Shown: piece by piece, positions 6,958-15,719 of the stretch
Position numbering within the stretch: the first letter of the stretch is position 1
Layout of the letters: each line of letters opens with the position of its first letter
DNA from: an uncultured Nitrospiraceae bacterium
Lineage (GTDB): Bacteria; Nitrospirota; Thermodesulfovibrionia; Thermodesulfovibrionales; SM23-35
Reading direction: 5' to 3'
Length of the DNA: 64,000 nt
Assembly: GCA_937138415.1 (NCBI GenBank)
Contig: CAKZPA010000036.1
Coordinates: 42,042 to 106,041 of the forward strand
Translations under genes and position numbers: made by a program
The notes under the pieces: generated by a model
Database searches by the model: none
Told to the model about the DNA's origin: nothing
Seen by the model: the letters and a program-made list of their open reading frames with translations, nothing else

Positions 6958-7592
6958 TCACTGATCGAGCATGTGATGGCGAAGGGCGTAGTGCATCAGC
7001 TCCGCGTTCGTCTTCATTTTCATTTTTTCGAGTATGCGCGCGCGGTAGGTACTGATGGTCTTCACGCTGAGCGAGAGGGAGTCGGCGATCTCCGTGGCCG
7101 ACTTGCCGGCGGCGATGAGGCGGAACACCTCGTATTCCCGGTCCGACAGGGCGTGATGCGGCGGTTTCTCCGCGTCCGGCTCCACCTCCTCGGCGAGCTT
7201 TTCGGCGACTTCCGGCGTGATATATTTTCGTCCCGATGTTATCTGCGGATCGCCGTGATGAGTTCCTCCGGAGCGCTCTCCTTCGTGAGGTATCCGGACG
7301 CCCCCGCTCTAATGAAACGAACCGCGTACTGCTCTTCCGGATACATGCTCAGGACGAGCACGGGCAATCGGGGCCTCGCCGCTTTCACCTGCTTCAGCAC
7401 CTCGATCGCGGGCATCCCGGGCATGCCGATATCGAGCAGGAGGAGATCGTACTGCTCTTTCCACACCTTATCGAGCACTTCCTGACCGTTCGCCGCCTCG
7501 GCGGCGACGGCAATGTCGGGGTGGTCTTCGAGGATGTGTTTTAACCCTTCGCGGAATATCGCGTGATCGTCCGCGATGAGAAGCCTGATCAT
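6958..7592 (-). pseudogene. NarL/FixJ-type response regulator (REC + LuxR HTH) interrupted by a -1 frame break
   Basis: The REC frame (MIRLLIADDHAIF...LLLDIGMPGM...ELITAIRR) stops at TAA 7241-7239. The -1 frame continues without a start codon as ITSGRKYITPEVAEKLAEEVE...LSDREYEVFRLIAAGKSATEIADSLSLSVKTISTYRARI. Its ATG overlaps the kinase stop (ATGA at 7589-7592). Confidence 0.8.
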
Positions 7593-9745
7593 CCGCCTTC
7601 TCCTTCTCCGCGCACCGGCAATCTCACGGAAACCGTCGTCCCTCCGCCCGGCACGCCTTCTATTATAGTTTCTCCTCCCCACATGATCGCGCGCTCGCGA
7701 AGACCCATGAGGCCGAACGACTGGGGACTCTCGATCTCCTCCCTCCGGATCCCCCGCCCGTTGTCGCTCACCCGCAACTCGACAATGCCGTCTGCTGCGC
7801 GGAGGTCGATGCGCACTTCCGTGGCCCCGGCATGCCGGGCTACGTTCGTGAGGGTCTCCTGGAAGATGCGGAAAAGGGCCGTGTTCCTCTCCCTGTCGAA
7901 TGAAATCTCTTTCGGCTCGATCGCGAGGCTGCACTGGATCCCCGTCCTCTTCTGGAACTCCTCGGTCTGCCACTCGATCGCGGCAGCGAGCCCGAGGTCA
8001 TCCAACAGCCCGGGGCGCAGGTCCGTCGAAATCCTCTTCATCGTCGCGATCGTCCTGTCGATGATCTTCCCCATCGCGTCCAGTTTCTCGCGGAGCGGCG
8101 CCTGATCATCCTGCAGGCGTTTCCGGATCCACGCGAGATCGATCTTCAGCACGGTGAGCGCCTGACCGAGTTCGTCGTGAATCTCGCGGGCGATGTTCGT
8201 CCTCTCCATCTCCGTCGCCCTCTGGATATGTGCGGTCAAATGGCGGAGCTGCTCCTCGCTCTTCTTGATGGCATCCTCCGCGCGCTTGCGCTCCGTGACA
8301 TCCCTGATAATCTGGATGACACCGATCACGCGATGCCGTTTGTCCAGACGGGGAATCGTGTGAATTTCGAAATACCTCCCCCGCTCGGCATCGAAGAGTT
8401 CGTCCGAGAACGGCCCGCTCTTCTCCGGCGGGAGGCGCAGCGGAAAGCTCTTGCCTTCGCCCTCCAGAAAGTACGCGCGGCACTTCGCCGCGATCTCCCC
8501 GAAGATGCCCGCGTGACGAATCTCGTCCGCCGCCTTGTTGGCGCGCACGACGGCGAAATCGCAATCATGAACGATGATCGCGTCGCTGATGTCGTTGAAG
8601 GTCCTGTCCCACTCGTCGTTTGCCGCGGCGAGCATCCTCCCCAACTCTTCGAGCCGCGCCACGTAGGCGGCAAGAAACGCGAAGGCGAGCGCTCCGAACC
8701 CTATCGACGGGGCCACCCACACGTGCGAGTTCTTAAATGCCACGAACGCGAATGCCGAGATGAGGAAAATACCGGCGAGCCACACTCCCATCGCTCGCCA
8801 CGCGTCGAGCCGGACGAAGAGGAAGAAGAAGAGCAGTGCGGTCGCCGCCGCTCCGGCCCATCTCGCGCGGTCGGGCACGAACCGTATGGCATTGCGCGCC
8901 ATCATGCTGTTCAGGATGTGGGCGTGGACCTCGACTCCCGCCATTCTGTCCCTCTCCTGTGTGAACGGCGTCACCATTCTCTCCTCGATCCCGGGGCTCG
9001 TGACGCCGACGAGAACGACCTTGTCACGGAAGAAAGACGGCGGAACGCTCCCGTCCACGATATCGACCGCCGGGATATGCTGAAAAGTTCCGGGCGGTCC
9101 GAAGAAATTGATGTGCATCGGGTCCGACTGTCTGATGGGTTCTCGGCCATCGCTCTCCGGCCCCGACGACGCGGGCGCGCGGAGATCTTCGTGAACGCCC
9201 GTCACCATGCGGCTCAGCACCGACGCGAATGAGGGCAGGACGGCATCCCGATACGCAAGGACGTGGTAAACGGTCCGAACGACGCCGTCTATCCCCTGCT
9301 CGATGTGGATGTGCCCCGTTGCCACGGGAATCAGCGTCTCCGCGGGGTATGAGACCATCATCCGGCCTTCGATGTAGGCGGGCAGGACGACCCTGCCGTG
9401 TCTTGTCATCGCTTCCCTCAGCGAGGCGTCGTCGCCGGAACTCTCCGCCATGATCACGTCGATCCCGACTGCCCCGGCCTGACGAGTCGCATCGAGCAAC
9501 CGGGCATAGTACTCCCTCCGGATCGGCCATCTCCCGAGCCGATCGAGCGTCTTCTCGTCGATTGCGGCGATGACGATATTCCTGTCATGTTCGAGCGGGC
9601 CGCGGATGCGGAATGAGAGATCGTAGAGGTAGAGATCGATTCCTTCGAAGAGCCCCGCGTAATCGGCGATCAGGAGTGCGGCAAACCCGATGGCGAGAAT
9701 CACGGCGTAACGGAAAACGCCGACGCGCGTAAGCTGTATGTTCAT
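7589..9745 (-). CDS. CHASE2 / PAS / HisKA_3 / HATPase sensor histidine kinase
   Basis: N-terminal TM plus CHASE2-like LYLYDLSFRIRGP...IDEKTLDRLGRWPIRREYYARLLD, then a TM cluster and a PAS region. H-box IHDELGQALTVLKIDL; ATPase motifs VSDNGRGI and GLMGLRERA. ATG at 9745. Confidence 0.9.
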   Translation of the reverse strand: MNIQLTRVGVFRYAVILAIGFAALLIADYAGLFEGIDLYLYDLSFRIRGPLEHDRNIVIAAIDEKTLDRLGRWPIRREYYARLLDATRQAGAVGIDVIMAESSGDDASLREAMTRHGRVVLPAYIEGRMMVSYPAETLIPVATGHIHIEQGIDGVVRTVYHVLAYRDAVLPSFASVLSRMVTGVHEDLRAPASSGPESDGREPIRQSDPMHINFFGPPGTFQHIPAVDIVDGSVPPSFFRDKVVLVGVTSPGIEERMVTPFTQERDRMAGVEVHAHILNSMMARNAIRFVPDRARWAGAAATALLFFFLFVRLDAWRAMGVWLAGIFLISAFAFVAFKNSHVWVAPSIGFGALAFAFLAAYVARLEELGRMLAAANDEWDRTFNDISDAIIVHDCDFAVVRANKAADEIRHAGIFGEIAAKCRAYFLEGEGKSFPLRLPPEKSGPFSDELFDAERGRYFEIHTIPRLDKRHRVIGVIQIIRDVTERKRAEDAIKKSEEQLRHLTAHIQRATEMERTNIAREIHDELGQALTVLKIDLAWIRKRLQDDQAPLREKLDAMGKIIDRTIATMKRISTDLRPGLLDDLGLAAAIEWQTEEFQKRTGIQCSLAIEPKEISFDRERNTALFRIFQETLTNVARHAGATEVRIDLRAADGIVELRVSDNGRGIRREEIESPQSFGLMGLRERAIMWGGETIIEGVPGGGTTVSVRLPVRGEGEGG

Positions 9746-9803
9746 GGCGGTCCTGTCCGGCCGGCTACGCGAACGGAAAGAGGGCTCGCATCGGTCACGC
9801 ACC

Positions 9804-11210
9804 TCACGGCAGGAGAACGAAGATGAGCCCGAACGTCGCAGCAATGCCGAGGAAGACGCTGAAGTATCCTTTCCCGACGGGCTCGGGAGGAGGATTCACG
9901 GTAAACGCGACGGCATCCGACCATGCCCCTTCGTACCCGTCATCGGCAATCGACCGAATCCTGAGGTAATACCGGCCCGGCTCGAGTTCCCGTGTCGTGA
10001 ACGTACGGCCCTCGATGCGGGCAACCTCCTCGACCATCCGATAGAATGCCTCATCGGCAGCGACCTGGACTCGGTAGGCGACCGCGCCCCGAGCCTCCCG
10101 CCATTCCGCTTCGACGGACTTCCCGGGGCACGACGCATCTTTCATAGGCAAAAGAATCCCCGGCGGGGACGGATTCACCCGAACGCGAATTTCGGCGGGG
10201 ACCGACGGCATGCCTTCGAGACCGATCTCGTCGACGCCGACGGCGTGAACGAAATATCTGCCGTCATCGAGATACCGCACCTCGACAGGGCCGGCAGCCG
10301 CAGCGCGTCCTTCGAACACCGTCTCCTTCCCCTCGCTGTCTTTCGATACCGAGAGACGATACCCGACCGCGCCCTCGACCGGCAAAAGATCGACACTGAG
10401 CGGCAGCGTCGAGAAGAGCCCCTCGCCAATGCCTACGCCCGGCGGTGGAAGGAGCTTCCTCGGCCTCAACGGTGGTTCCCCTTTCCGGACGAGCGTTCCT
10501 TCGCCTTCCGAGACCACCTCCCGCTGACGCATCGCCTCGACGTGCGCCTGCCCCTCGAGCACCTCGGAACGGGTACAACCGACGTCGTCCACCGAGGTTC
10601 TGAAGAGCGTTCCTCTCGCCGCGCACACGGCCGAGGGCGTCTCTATCTCGAAGCGCGGTTCCCTCCCCGTCGCCTTCCGGATCTTCGTGAGCGTCCTCCC
10701 CTTCACGATGTTCAACCGCTCCTCGCGGAAATCGCCCTTTTTTCTGATCCTCACGATCTCGCTCACACTGTCTGATTTCTGGAGAAACGATGCCCCGCTC
10801 CCGAAGACGATTTCGACGGCGCTCATATCGCCTGTCCTGATCTTCGTCCCTTCGCCGATCAGCGCGCGGAGACCGACGGGGAGCCACTCGTTGCTGGCCG
10901 GCGCTTGCATCGTCACGTCACCCTGTACGAACGCGACTTCCCCCTGTTCCCGAACACCGCGAAGGAAGGCAACGGGAATGATGAGGGTCTGGCCCGGATA
11001 GATGAGATCGGGATTCCTGAGTTCGTTGATGCGGGCGATCTCTCTCCACTGGCGCGGGTCTTCGAGATACTCCTCGCAGATCTTTATGACGTAATCGCCC
11101 TCCCGCACCGTGATCTCGACGACGTCTTCCGGTGCGGCGAGGAGAGGGGAAATGAGAAACAGGAGGAAAAAGACACAGAGAGAAAACGCCGTCTTCAGGG
11201 TCCTCTTCAC
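9804..11210 (-). CDS. Secreted LysM + FecR-domain protein with Ig/Fn3-like repeats and a C-terminal TM anchor
   Basis: Signal peptide MKRTLKTAFSLCVFFLLFLISPLLA. LysM ITVREGDYVIKICEEYL...INELRNPDLIYPGQTLIIP. FecR-like central region. C-terminal FSVFLGIAATFGLIFVLL. Confidence 0.75.
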   Translation of the reverse strand: MKRTLKTAFSLCVFFLLFLISPLLAAPEDVVEITVREGDYVIKICEEYLEDPRQWREIARINELRNPDLIYPGQTLIIPVAFLRGVREQGEVAFVQGDVTMQAPASNEWLPVGLRALIGEGTKIRTGDMSAVEIVFGSGASFLQKSDSVSEIVRIRKKGDFREERLNIVKGRTLTKIRKATGREPRFEIETPSAVCAARGTLFRTSVDDVGCTRSEVLEGQAHVEAMRQREVVSEGEGTLVRKGEPPLRPRKLLPPPGVGIGEGLFSTLPLSVDLLPVEGAVGYRLSVSKDSEGKETVFEGRAAAAGPVEVRYLDDGRYFVHAVGVDEIGLEGMPSVPAEIRVRVNPSPPGILLPMKDASCPGKSVEAEWREARGAVAYRVQVAADEAFYRMVEEVARIEGRTFTTRELEPGRYYLRIRSIADDGYEGAWSDAVAFTVNPPPEPVGKGYFSVFLGIAATFGLIFVLLP

Positions 11211-11344
11211 GACGCCGGCGAGCAGTACGGTCCGCGGTAGGACCTGTAATCCGCGTAGGGGGAGCAGGATCCTGCCTGATACGGATAAGACGCACTCCCG
11301 CCGATGGCGGCGAGGAGCGCGAGCGTCACGATGATCTTACGCAC
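11207..11344 (-). CDS. Candidate 45-aa secreted Cys/Tyr/Pro-rich peptide
   Basis: Hand translation gives (GTG)MRKIIVTLALLAAIGGSAS-YPYQAGSCSPYADYRSYRGPYCSPAS. GC-rich third positions fit the genome. Its TGA overlaps the GTG start of the LysM-FecR gene (GTGA at 11207-11210). The SD (AAGGAG) is 16 nt upstream, which is suboptimal. Confidence 0.3.
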   Translation of the reverse strand: MRKIIVTLALLAAIGGSASYPYQAGSCSPYADYRSYRGPYCSPAS

Positions 11345-11448
11345 GATGGATCGTCACGTTCTCCTTCGACCTAAAAAACCGGGACAGCCCCCTTATCTTA
11401 TGCGTACGCACTACCATAGCACAAAACGCGCGCTAAAAAAAGCTCTCT

Positions 11449-12381
11449 CTAAAGTTTCAGGTTCACCAGCGACAATGGATTCACCGAAATACGGGAAACC
11501 TTCGCCCCGAAGTGGAGATGAGGGCCACTCGCCCTCCCCGTCGATCCGACGAAGCCGATGACTTCCCCCTTCGAAACGGTGTCGCCCCTCGAAACGCGCG
11601 CGCGAGAAAGATGCATATAGACGGTGAAAATGCCCTGGCCGTGATCGAGGATGACCGTGTTGCCCCCGAAAAAGAGTTCTTCGGACAGAACCACCTTGCC
11701 ACCGTTGGAAGCCCTCACCGCGTCACCATCGGCACCCCTGATGTCGACCCCGCGATGGACGCTCGTCCACACGTCGTTCATGACGCGTTTCGTCCCGAAG
11801 GGAGTAGATATGTCGTTATCGAGGGGGATGAGGAAATTCCCCGCCCAGTACCTCTCGGAGACGCCCTCGAAGATGGCGTTCAGGCGGCGTTGCTCCGCGT
11901 CCGCTCTTTCCCGGTCGGCCGAACCGAGGATGACTTTTTCCTCGGGGAGCGTCATCGACACGGTGCGGAAAACGCCCCTCTTCACGGTCACACCGAGAGT
12001 CTTCACCCTTATCCCCACGCTCACGACGACCCGGTGTTTGCCCGTCTTCGCGTCGAGATCGACCGCGCCGATGCCGACGAAGCACGCGTCGCCGCACGCG
12101 CTGACCGGGATGGATTTCCCCGCGATCGTCACGGTCGGAACGCGGGATGCTATCACGTTCTTGACCGTAACCGCAAAGACGTCCCCCTGTCTCACGACCT
12201 TCGGAGAAACACGGGCATAGAATGCATGCGCCTCGTCTCCAAAGGCGGCAGCGGAGAGCGTGATGGCGAGGGGAACAAGGAAGAGGAGGGAACGGAAAGC
12301 GGAAAAGACCCCGCAGCACGGATGGCACAGGGGCCGCACGTGATTGATTCCCTGAACTTTCTTTGTGCTAATATGTTGCAT
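11449..12381 (-). CDS. M23 family metallopeptidase (peptidoglycan endopeptidase)
   Basis: HRGVDIRG, DHGQGIFTVYMHL and GSTGRASGPHLHF motifs; N-terminal signal/anchor. Confidence 0.9.
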   Translation of the reverse strand: MQHISTKKVQGINHVRPLCHPCCGVFSAFRSLLFLVPLAITLSAAAFGDEAHAFYARVSPKVVRQGDVFAVTVKNVIASRVPTVTIAGKSIPVSACGDACFVGIGAVDLDAKTGKHRVVVSVGIRVKTLGVTVKRGVFRTVSMTLPEEKVILGSADRERADAEQRRLNAIFEGVSERYWAGNFLIPLDNDISTPFGTKRVMNDVWTSVHRGVDIRGADGDAVRASNGGKVVLSEELFFGGNTVILDHGQGIFTVYMHLSRARVSRGDTVSKGEVIGFVGSTGRASGPHLHFGAKVSRISVNPLSLVNLKL

Positions 12382-12534
12382 GGAACGACACGTCCGCCTG
12401 CGCGGAGAAGGTGACCGCGGAGCCGTGCGCGGTAAACATCCCGCTTTGCTCCTCGATTATACCAGTTCCGCGACCCCGCGACGCTCTCCCTCCCCGCGTC
12501 TCGATCGAACCGAGGAAAGGGGACGCCGGCGCGG

Positions 12535-13647
12535 GTGAAACCTCTCATCATCGGTCTCTGGCTGTCTCTGCTCTTCCTCCCCTTCAAGGGGCCGGAAGCC
12601 GCCCTGTGGTTCTTCCTCATCTCGTCATCGACGCTCTGCGCCTGGAAAGAAGTCGCCCCGCGCGTCCGAACGGTTATCCCGGCCCTCGAAGCCGGTATGC
12701 GGCGGCTGACGGATCGGGCCTTCTTCACGGAGACCGTTTCGCCGTCCCTCCCCTACGCGGCCATCGCCGCTTTTTCCCTCCTCCCTTTCCTCGTCCGGGA
12801 CTATTTTCTGGACGTGGCGATCATGGTTGGCATCTACGTTATTCTCGCTCTTGGGCTCAACGTGGTCGTCGGTTTCGCGGGACTCCTGAACCTCGGTTTT
12901 GTCGCCTTCTACGCGCTCGGAGCCTATGCGTACGCCCTCCTGAATACCTCCTGGGGAATCGGTTTCTGGACGGCGCTCCCGTTCGCCGTCGGACTTTCCA
13001 CAGCCGCCGGTTTTCTGCTCGCCGTGCCCGCACTCCGCCTGCGCGGCGACTACCTCGCCATCGTCACCCTCGGCTTCGGCGAGATCACGCGGCTCGTTCT
13101 CAACAATTTCGACAGCCTCACGAGGGGCCCGAACGGCATCTCCGGCATCGCGCCCCCGTCGTTCTTCTCGATCCACCTCGGGACACTGACGCTCTTCTAC
13201 TACCTCGTCTTTCTCGCGACCCTCGCCACGATCTTCGTTACGGCACGCGTCCGCTCGTCGAAGATAGGGAGAGCGTGGATAGCGATACGGGAGGACGAAA
13301 TCGCAGCGTCCACGATGGGGATCAACACGACCCTCTACAAACTCTATGCCTTCGCCTTCGGCGCGTTCTGGGCGGGCCTCGCCGGGGCGATCTTCGCCGC
13401 GAAGATGCGGTTCGTCTCCCCGGAGAGTTTCACCTTCCTCGAATCGGTCCTCATCCTCTGCATGGTAATTCTCGGCGGGCTCGGCAGTATCCCCGGTGTC
13501 GTGGTCGGCGCGTTCATCCTCGTCCTCCTGCCGGAGGTCTTGCGGGAGGTGCAGATATACCGCATGCTCGCGCTCGGTGCGGGCCTCGTCATCCTCATGG
13601 TCTTCAGACCGCAGGGGCTTTTTGGAGGGAAACGTGTATCTCCTTGA
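12535..13647 (+). CDS. livM: Branched-chain amino acid ABC transporter permease
   Basis: IYVILALGLNVVVGFAGLLNLGFVAFYALGAYAYALL and a multi-TM profile typical of LivM, with an N-terminal extension. GTG start. Confidence 0.85.
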   Translation: MKPLIIGLWLSLLFLPFKGPEAALWFFLISSSTLCAWKEVAPRVRTVIPALEAGMRRLTDRAFFTETVSPSLPYAAIAAFSLLPFLVRDYFLDVAIMVGIYVILALGLNVVVGFAGLLNLGFVAFYALGAYAYALLNTSWGIGFWTALPFAVGLSTAAGFLLAVPALRLRGDYLAIVTLGFGEITRLVLNNFDSLTRGPNGISGIAPPSFFSIHLGTLTLFYYLVFLATLATIFVTARVRSSKIGRAWIAIREDEIAASTMGINTTLYKLYAFAFGAFWAGLAGAIFAAKMRFVSPESFTFLESVLILCMVILGGLGSIPGVVVGAFILVLLPEVLREVQIYRMLALGAGLVILMVFRPQGLFGGKRVSP

Positions 13648-14395
13648 CGTGCGCGGCCTCGCGATGCATTTCGGCGGTGTTCGCGCGGTCGAAGATCTCG
13701 ACCTGAGGGTCAAGACGGGAAAGATCACGAGCGTGATCGGTCCGAACGGTGCCGGGAAAACGACCCTGTTCAATTGCCTCACCGGCCTCGCGCGTCCGAC
13801 GAGGGGCACCATTTACTTTTCGGACAGAGACATCACCTCGCTCGCACCCCACGACATCGTGAAGCAGGGGATATCGCGGACATTCCAGAACATCAGGCTC
13901 TTCAAAGGCATGTCGGTCCTCGAGAATGTAATGGTGGCCGAGCATACGAAAAGCCGCTCCGGCCTTTTCGGCGCGATCGGCAGGCCGAAATCGTTCCGAC
14001 GCGAAGAACGGGCCGTCAGGGAGCGGGCCCTCGAGTTCCTCTCGTTCGTCGGGCTGGCGGACGAAGCGCATAAAATGTCGGGCAACCTTCCCTACGGCGC
14101 CCAGCGGAGGCTCGAGATCGCGCGCGCGCTGGCAACCGACCCCTCCCTTCTCTTACTCGACGAACCGACCGCCGGGATGAACCCGCAGGAGACCGCCGCG
14201 GTCATGAACCTGATCTCGATGGTGAAGGAACTCGGCAAGACAATCCTCCTCATCGAGCACGATATGAAAGTGGTCATGGGCATTTCCGACTGGATTGCCG
14301 TCTTGAACCACGGCGTGAAGATCGCGGAAGGTCTCCCGGAGGATATCCGCAAAGACCCTGTCGTCATCGAGGCGTACCTCGGGAAAGAGCATTAG
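13634..14395 (+). CDS. livG: Branched-chain amino acid ABC transporter ATP-binding protein
   Basis: GTG at 13634 follows GGAGGG. Walker A GPNGAGKTT, signature/Walker B LLLDEPTAGMNP. Overlaps the end of livM. Confidence 0.9.
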   Translation: MYLLDVRGLAMHFGGVRAVEDLDLRVKTGKITSVIGPNGAGKTTLFNCLTGLARPTRGTIYFSDRDITSLAPHDIVKQGISRTFQNIRLFKGMSVLENVMVAEHTKSRSGLFGAIGRPKSFRREERAVRERALEFLSFVGLADEAHKMSGNLPYGAQRRLEIARALATDPSLLLLDEPTAGMNPQETAAVMNLISMVKELGKTILLIEHDMKVVMGISDWIAVLNHGVKIAEGLPEDIRKDPVVIEAYLGKEH

Positions 14396-14396
14396 A

Positions 14397-15152
14397 ATGC
14401 CGGCCGCGGAGATGCTGAAGCTCGAGGATGTCCACACCTTCTACGGGCCGGTCGAGGCCCTGAAGGGCCTCTCCATCGAAGTCCGGCAGGGCGAGATCGT
14501 CTGCATGATCGGGAACAACGGAGCGGGAAAGTCCACCGCGCTCATGACGATATCGGGGGTGCTTAAACCCCGCACGGGCGCCATTTTCTTCTGCGGCGAA
14601 CGGATCACCGGCTTGGCGCCCCACACGATTGCCAGGATGGGCATCAGCCAGGTGCCGGAGGGCAGGAGGATCTTCCCCAAACTCACGGTGAGAGAGAATC
14701 TCGAGATGGGCCTCTACGCGGTTCCGGCCCGGCGGGGTGGCGATTCGCCGAATCGGTCATCCGGGTCCGACCGGTGCGAGTCGAGGCTCGAAAAAGTCTT
14801 CGCCCTCTTCCCGGTGCTCAAAGACCGCCAGAAACAGGCAGGCGGTACGCTGAGCGGCGGCGAACAACAGATGCTCGCGATCGGACGGGCCCTCATGTCG
14901 GAGCCGAAGCTCCTCCTCCTCGACGAGCCGTCGCTTGGCCTGGCGCCCCTCGTCGCGCACAGGATCTTCAAGACCATCCAGGAGATCAATAGGGAAGGGG
15001 TCACCGTCCTCCTCGTCGAGCAGAACGCCCGCGCCGCGTTACGGCTCTCCCACAAGGGCTACGTGCTCGAAAACGGGCGGGTCGCCCTCGAAGGGCCAAG
15101 CGGGGAGCTGCTCAACGACGAGCGAATCCGGAAGACGTACTTAGGGGAGTAA
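14397..15152 (+). CDS. livF: Branched-chain amino acid ABC transporter ATP-binding protein
   Basis: GNNGAGKST, LSGGEQQML, LLLLDEPSLGLAP. Starts 1 nt after the livG stop. Confidence 0.9.
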   Translation: MPAAEMLKLEDVHTFYGPVEALKGLSIEVRQGEIVCMIGNNGAGKSTALMTISGVLKPRTGAIFFCGERITGLAPHTIARMGISQVPEGRRIFPKLTVRENLEMGLYAVPARRGGDSPNRSSGSDRCESRLEKVFALFPVLKDRQKQAGGTLSGGEQQMLAIGRALMSEPKLLLLDEPSLGLAPLVAHRIFKTIQEINREGVTVLLVEQNARAALRLSHKGYVLENGRVALEGPSGELLNDERIRKTYLGE

Positions 15153-15182
15153 GTCCGCGCGAGTGTGCTATAATTTCACGAT

Positions 15183-15461
15183 ATGGAATTGTCCAGGGCT
15201 CATCTGTTCATCGATGGAAGAGTGCAGGGCGTATTCTACAGGGCATTCACGAGGGACATCGCACATTCTCTCGGTCTCAACGGATGGGTCAGAAATCTCA
15301 GGGACGGCCGGGTCGAAGCCGTCTTCGAAGGCGACAAGAAACTGATAGAGCAGGCAATTCAGAAGTGCCACGCCGGGCCGCCCGGAGCGAGGGTCTCGCA
15401 CATCGATGTCCGCTGGGAACCCTATGACGGCGCGGAGAACGGCTTCCACATCCGGTACTGA
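15183..15461 (+). CDS. acyP: Acylphosphatase
   Basis: 92 aa, with VQGVFYRAFTRD...GWVRNLRDGRVEAVFEG typical of acylphosphatase. Confidence 0.85.
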   Translation: MELSRAHLFIDGRVQGVFYRAFTRDIAHSLGLNGWVRNLRDGRVEAVFEGDKKLIEQAIQKCHAGPPGARVSHIDVRWEPYDGAENGFHIRY

Positions 15462-15719
15462 CCTCTCGCCTAAAAAATTGCGCATGTGCCATACGCGTCC
15501 AAATGAGGAGAACCGGTATCGCTCAATACCGCATTAACGGCATGAACCGACAGGATAATTGCACGACACGCCTCATTTCGATGACGGGCGTCCCGTTGGC
15601 GCTCGTATGCCGCATCGTGAAAGCAGGCACGGGTAACGTTACGGGGTGTCGTCAGGGCGTTTCTTCGGCATCCGGCCGTATCGTGAACTATTGTGGACAG
15701 CAGTGGGATGTTACGTGGG

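Noticed and set aside
12411-13706. 431-aa plus-strand ORF in an alternative frame over livM.
   Set aside because: Its translation is Arg/Pro-rich nonsense, whereas the 12535..13647 frame gives a textbook multi-TM LivM sequence.
15500-15590. tRNA-like fold (8-bp closing stem AAATGAGG/CCTCATTT with internal hairpins) upstream of recN.
   Set aside because: There is no T-arm adjacent to the acceptor stem, no GTTCRANYC T-loop, and the arm spacing is wrong on both strands.
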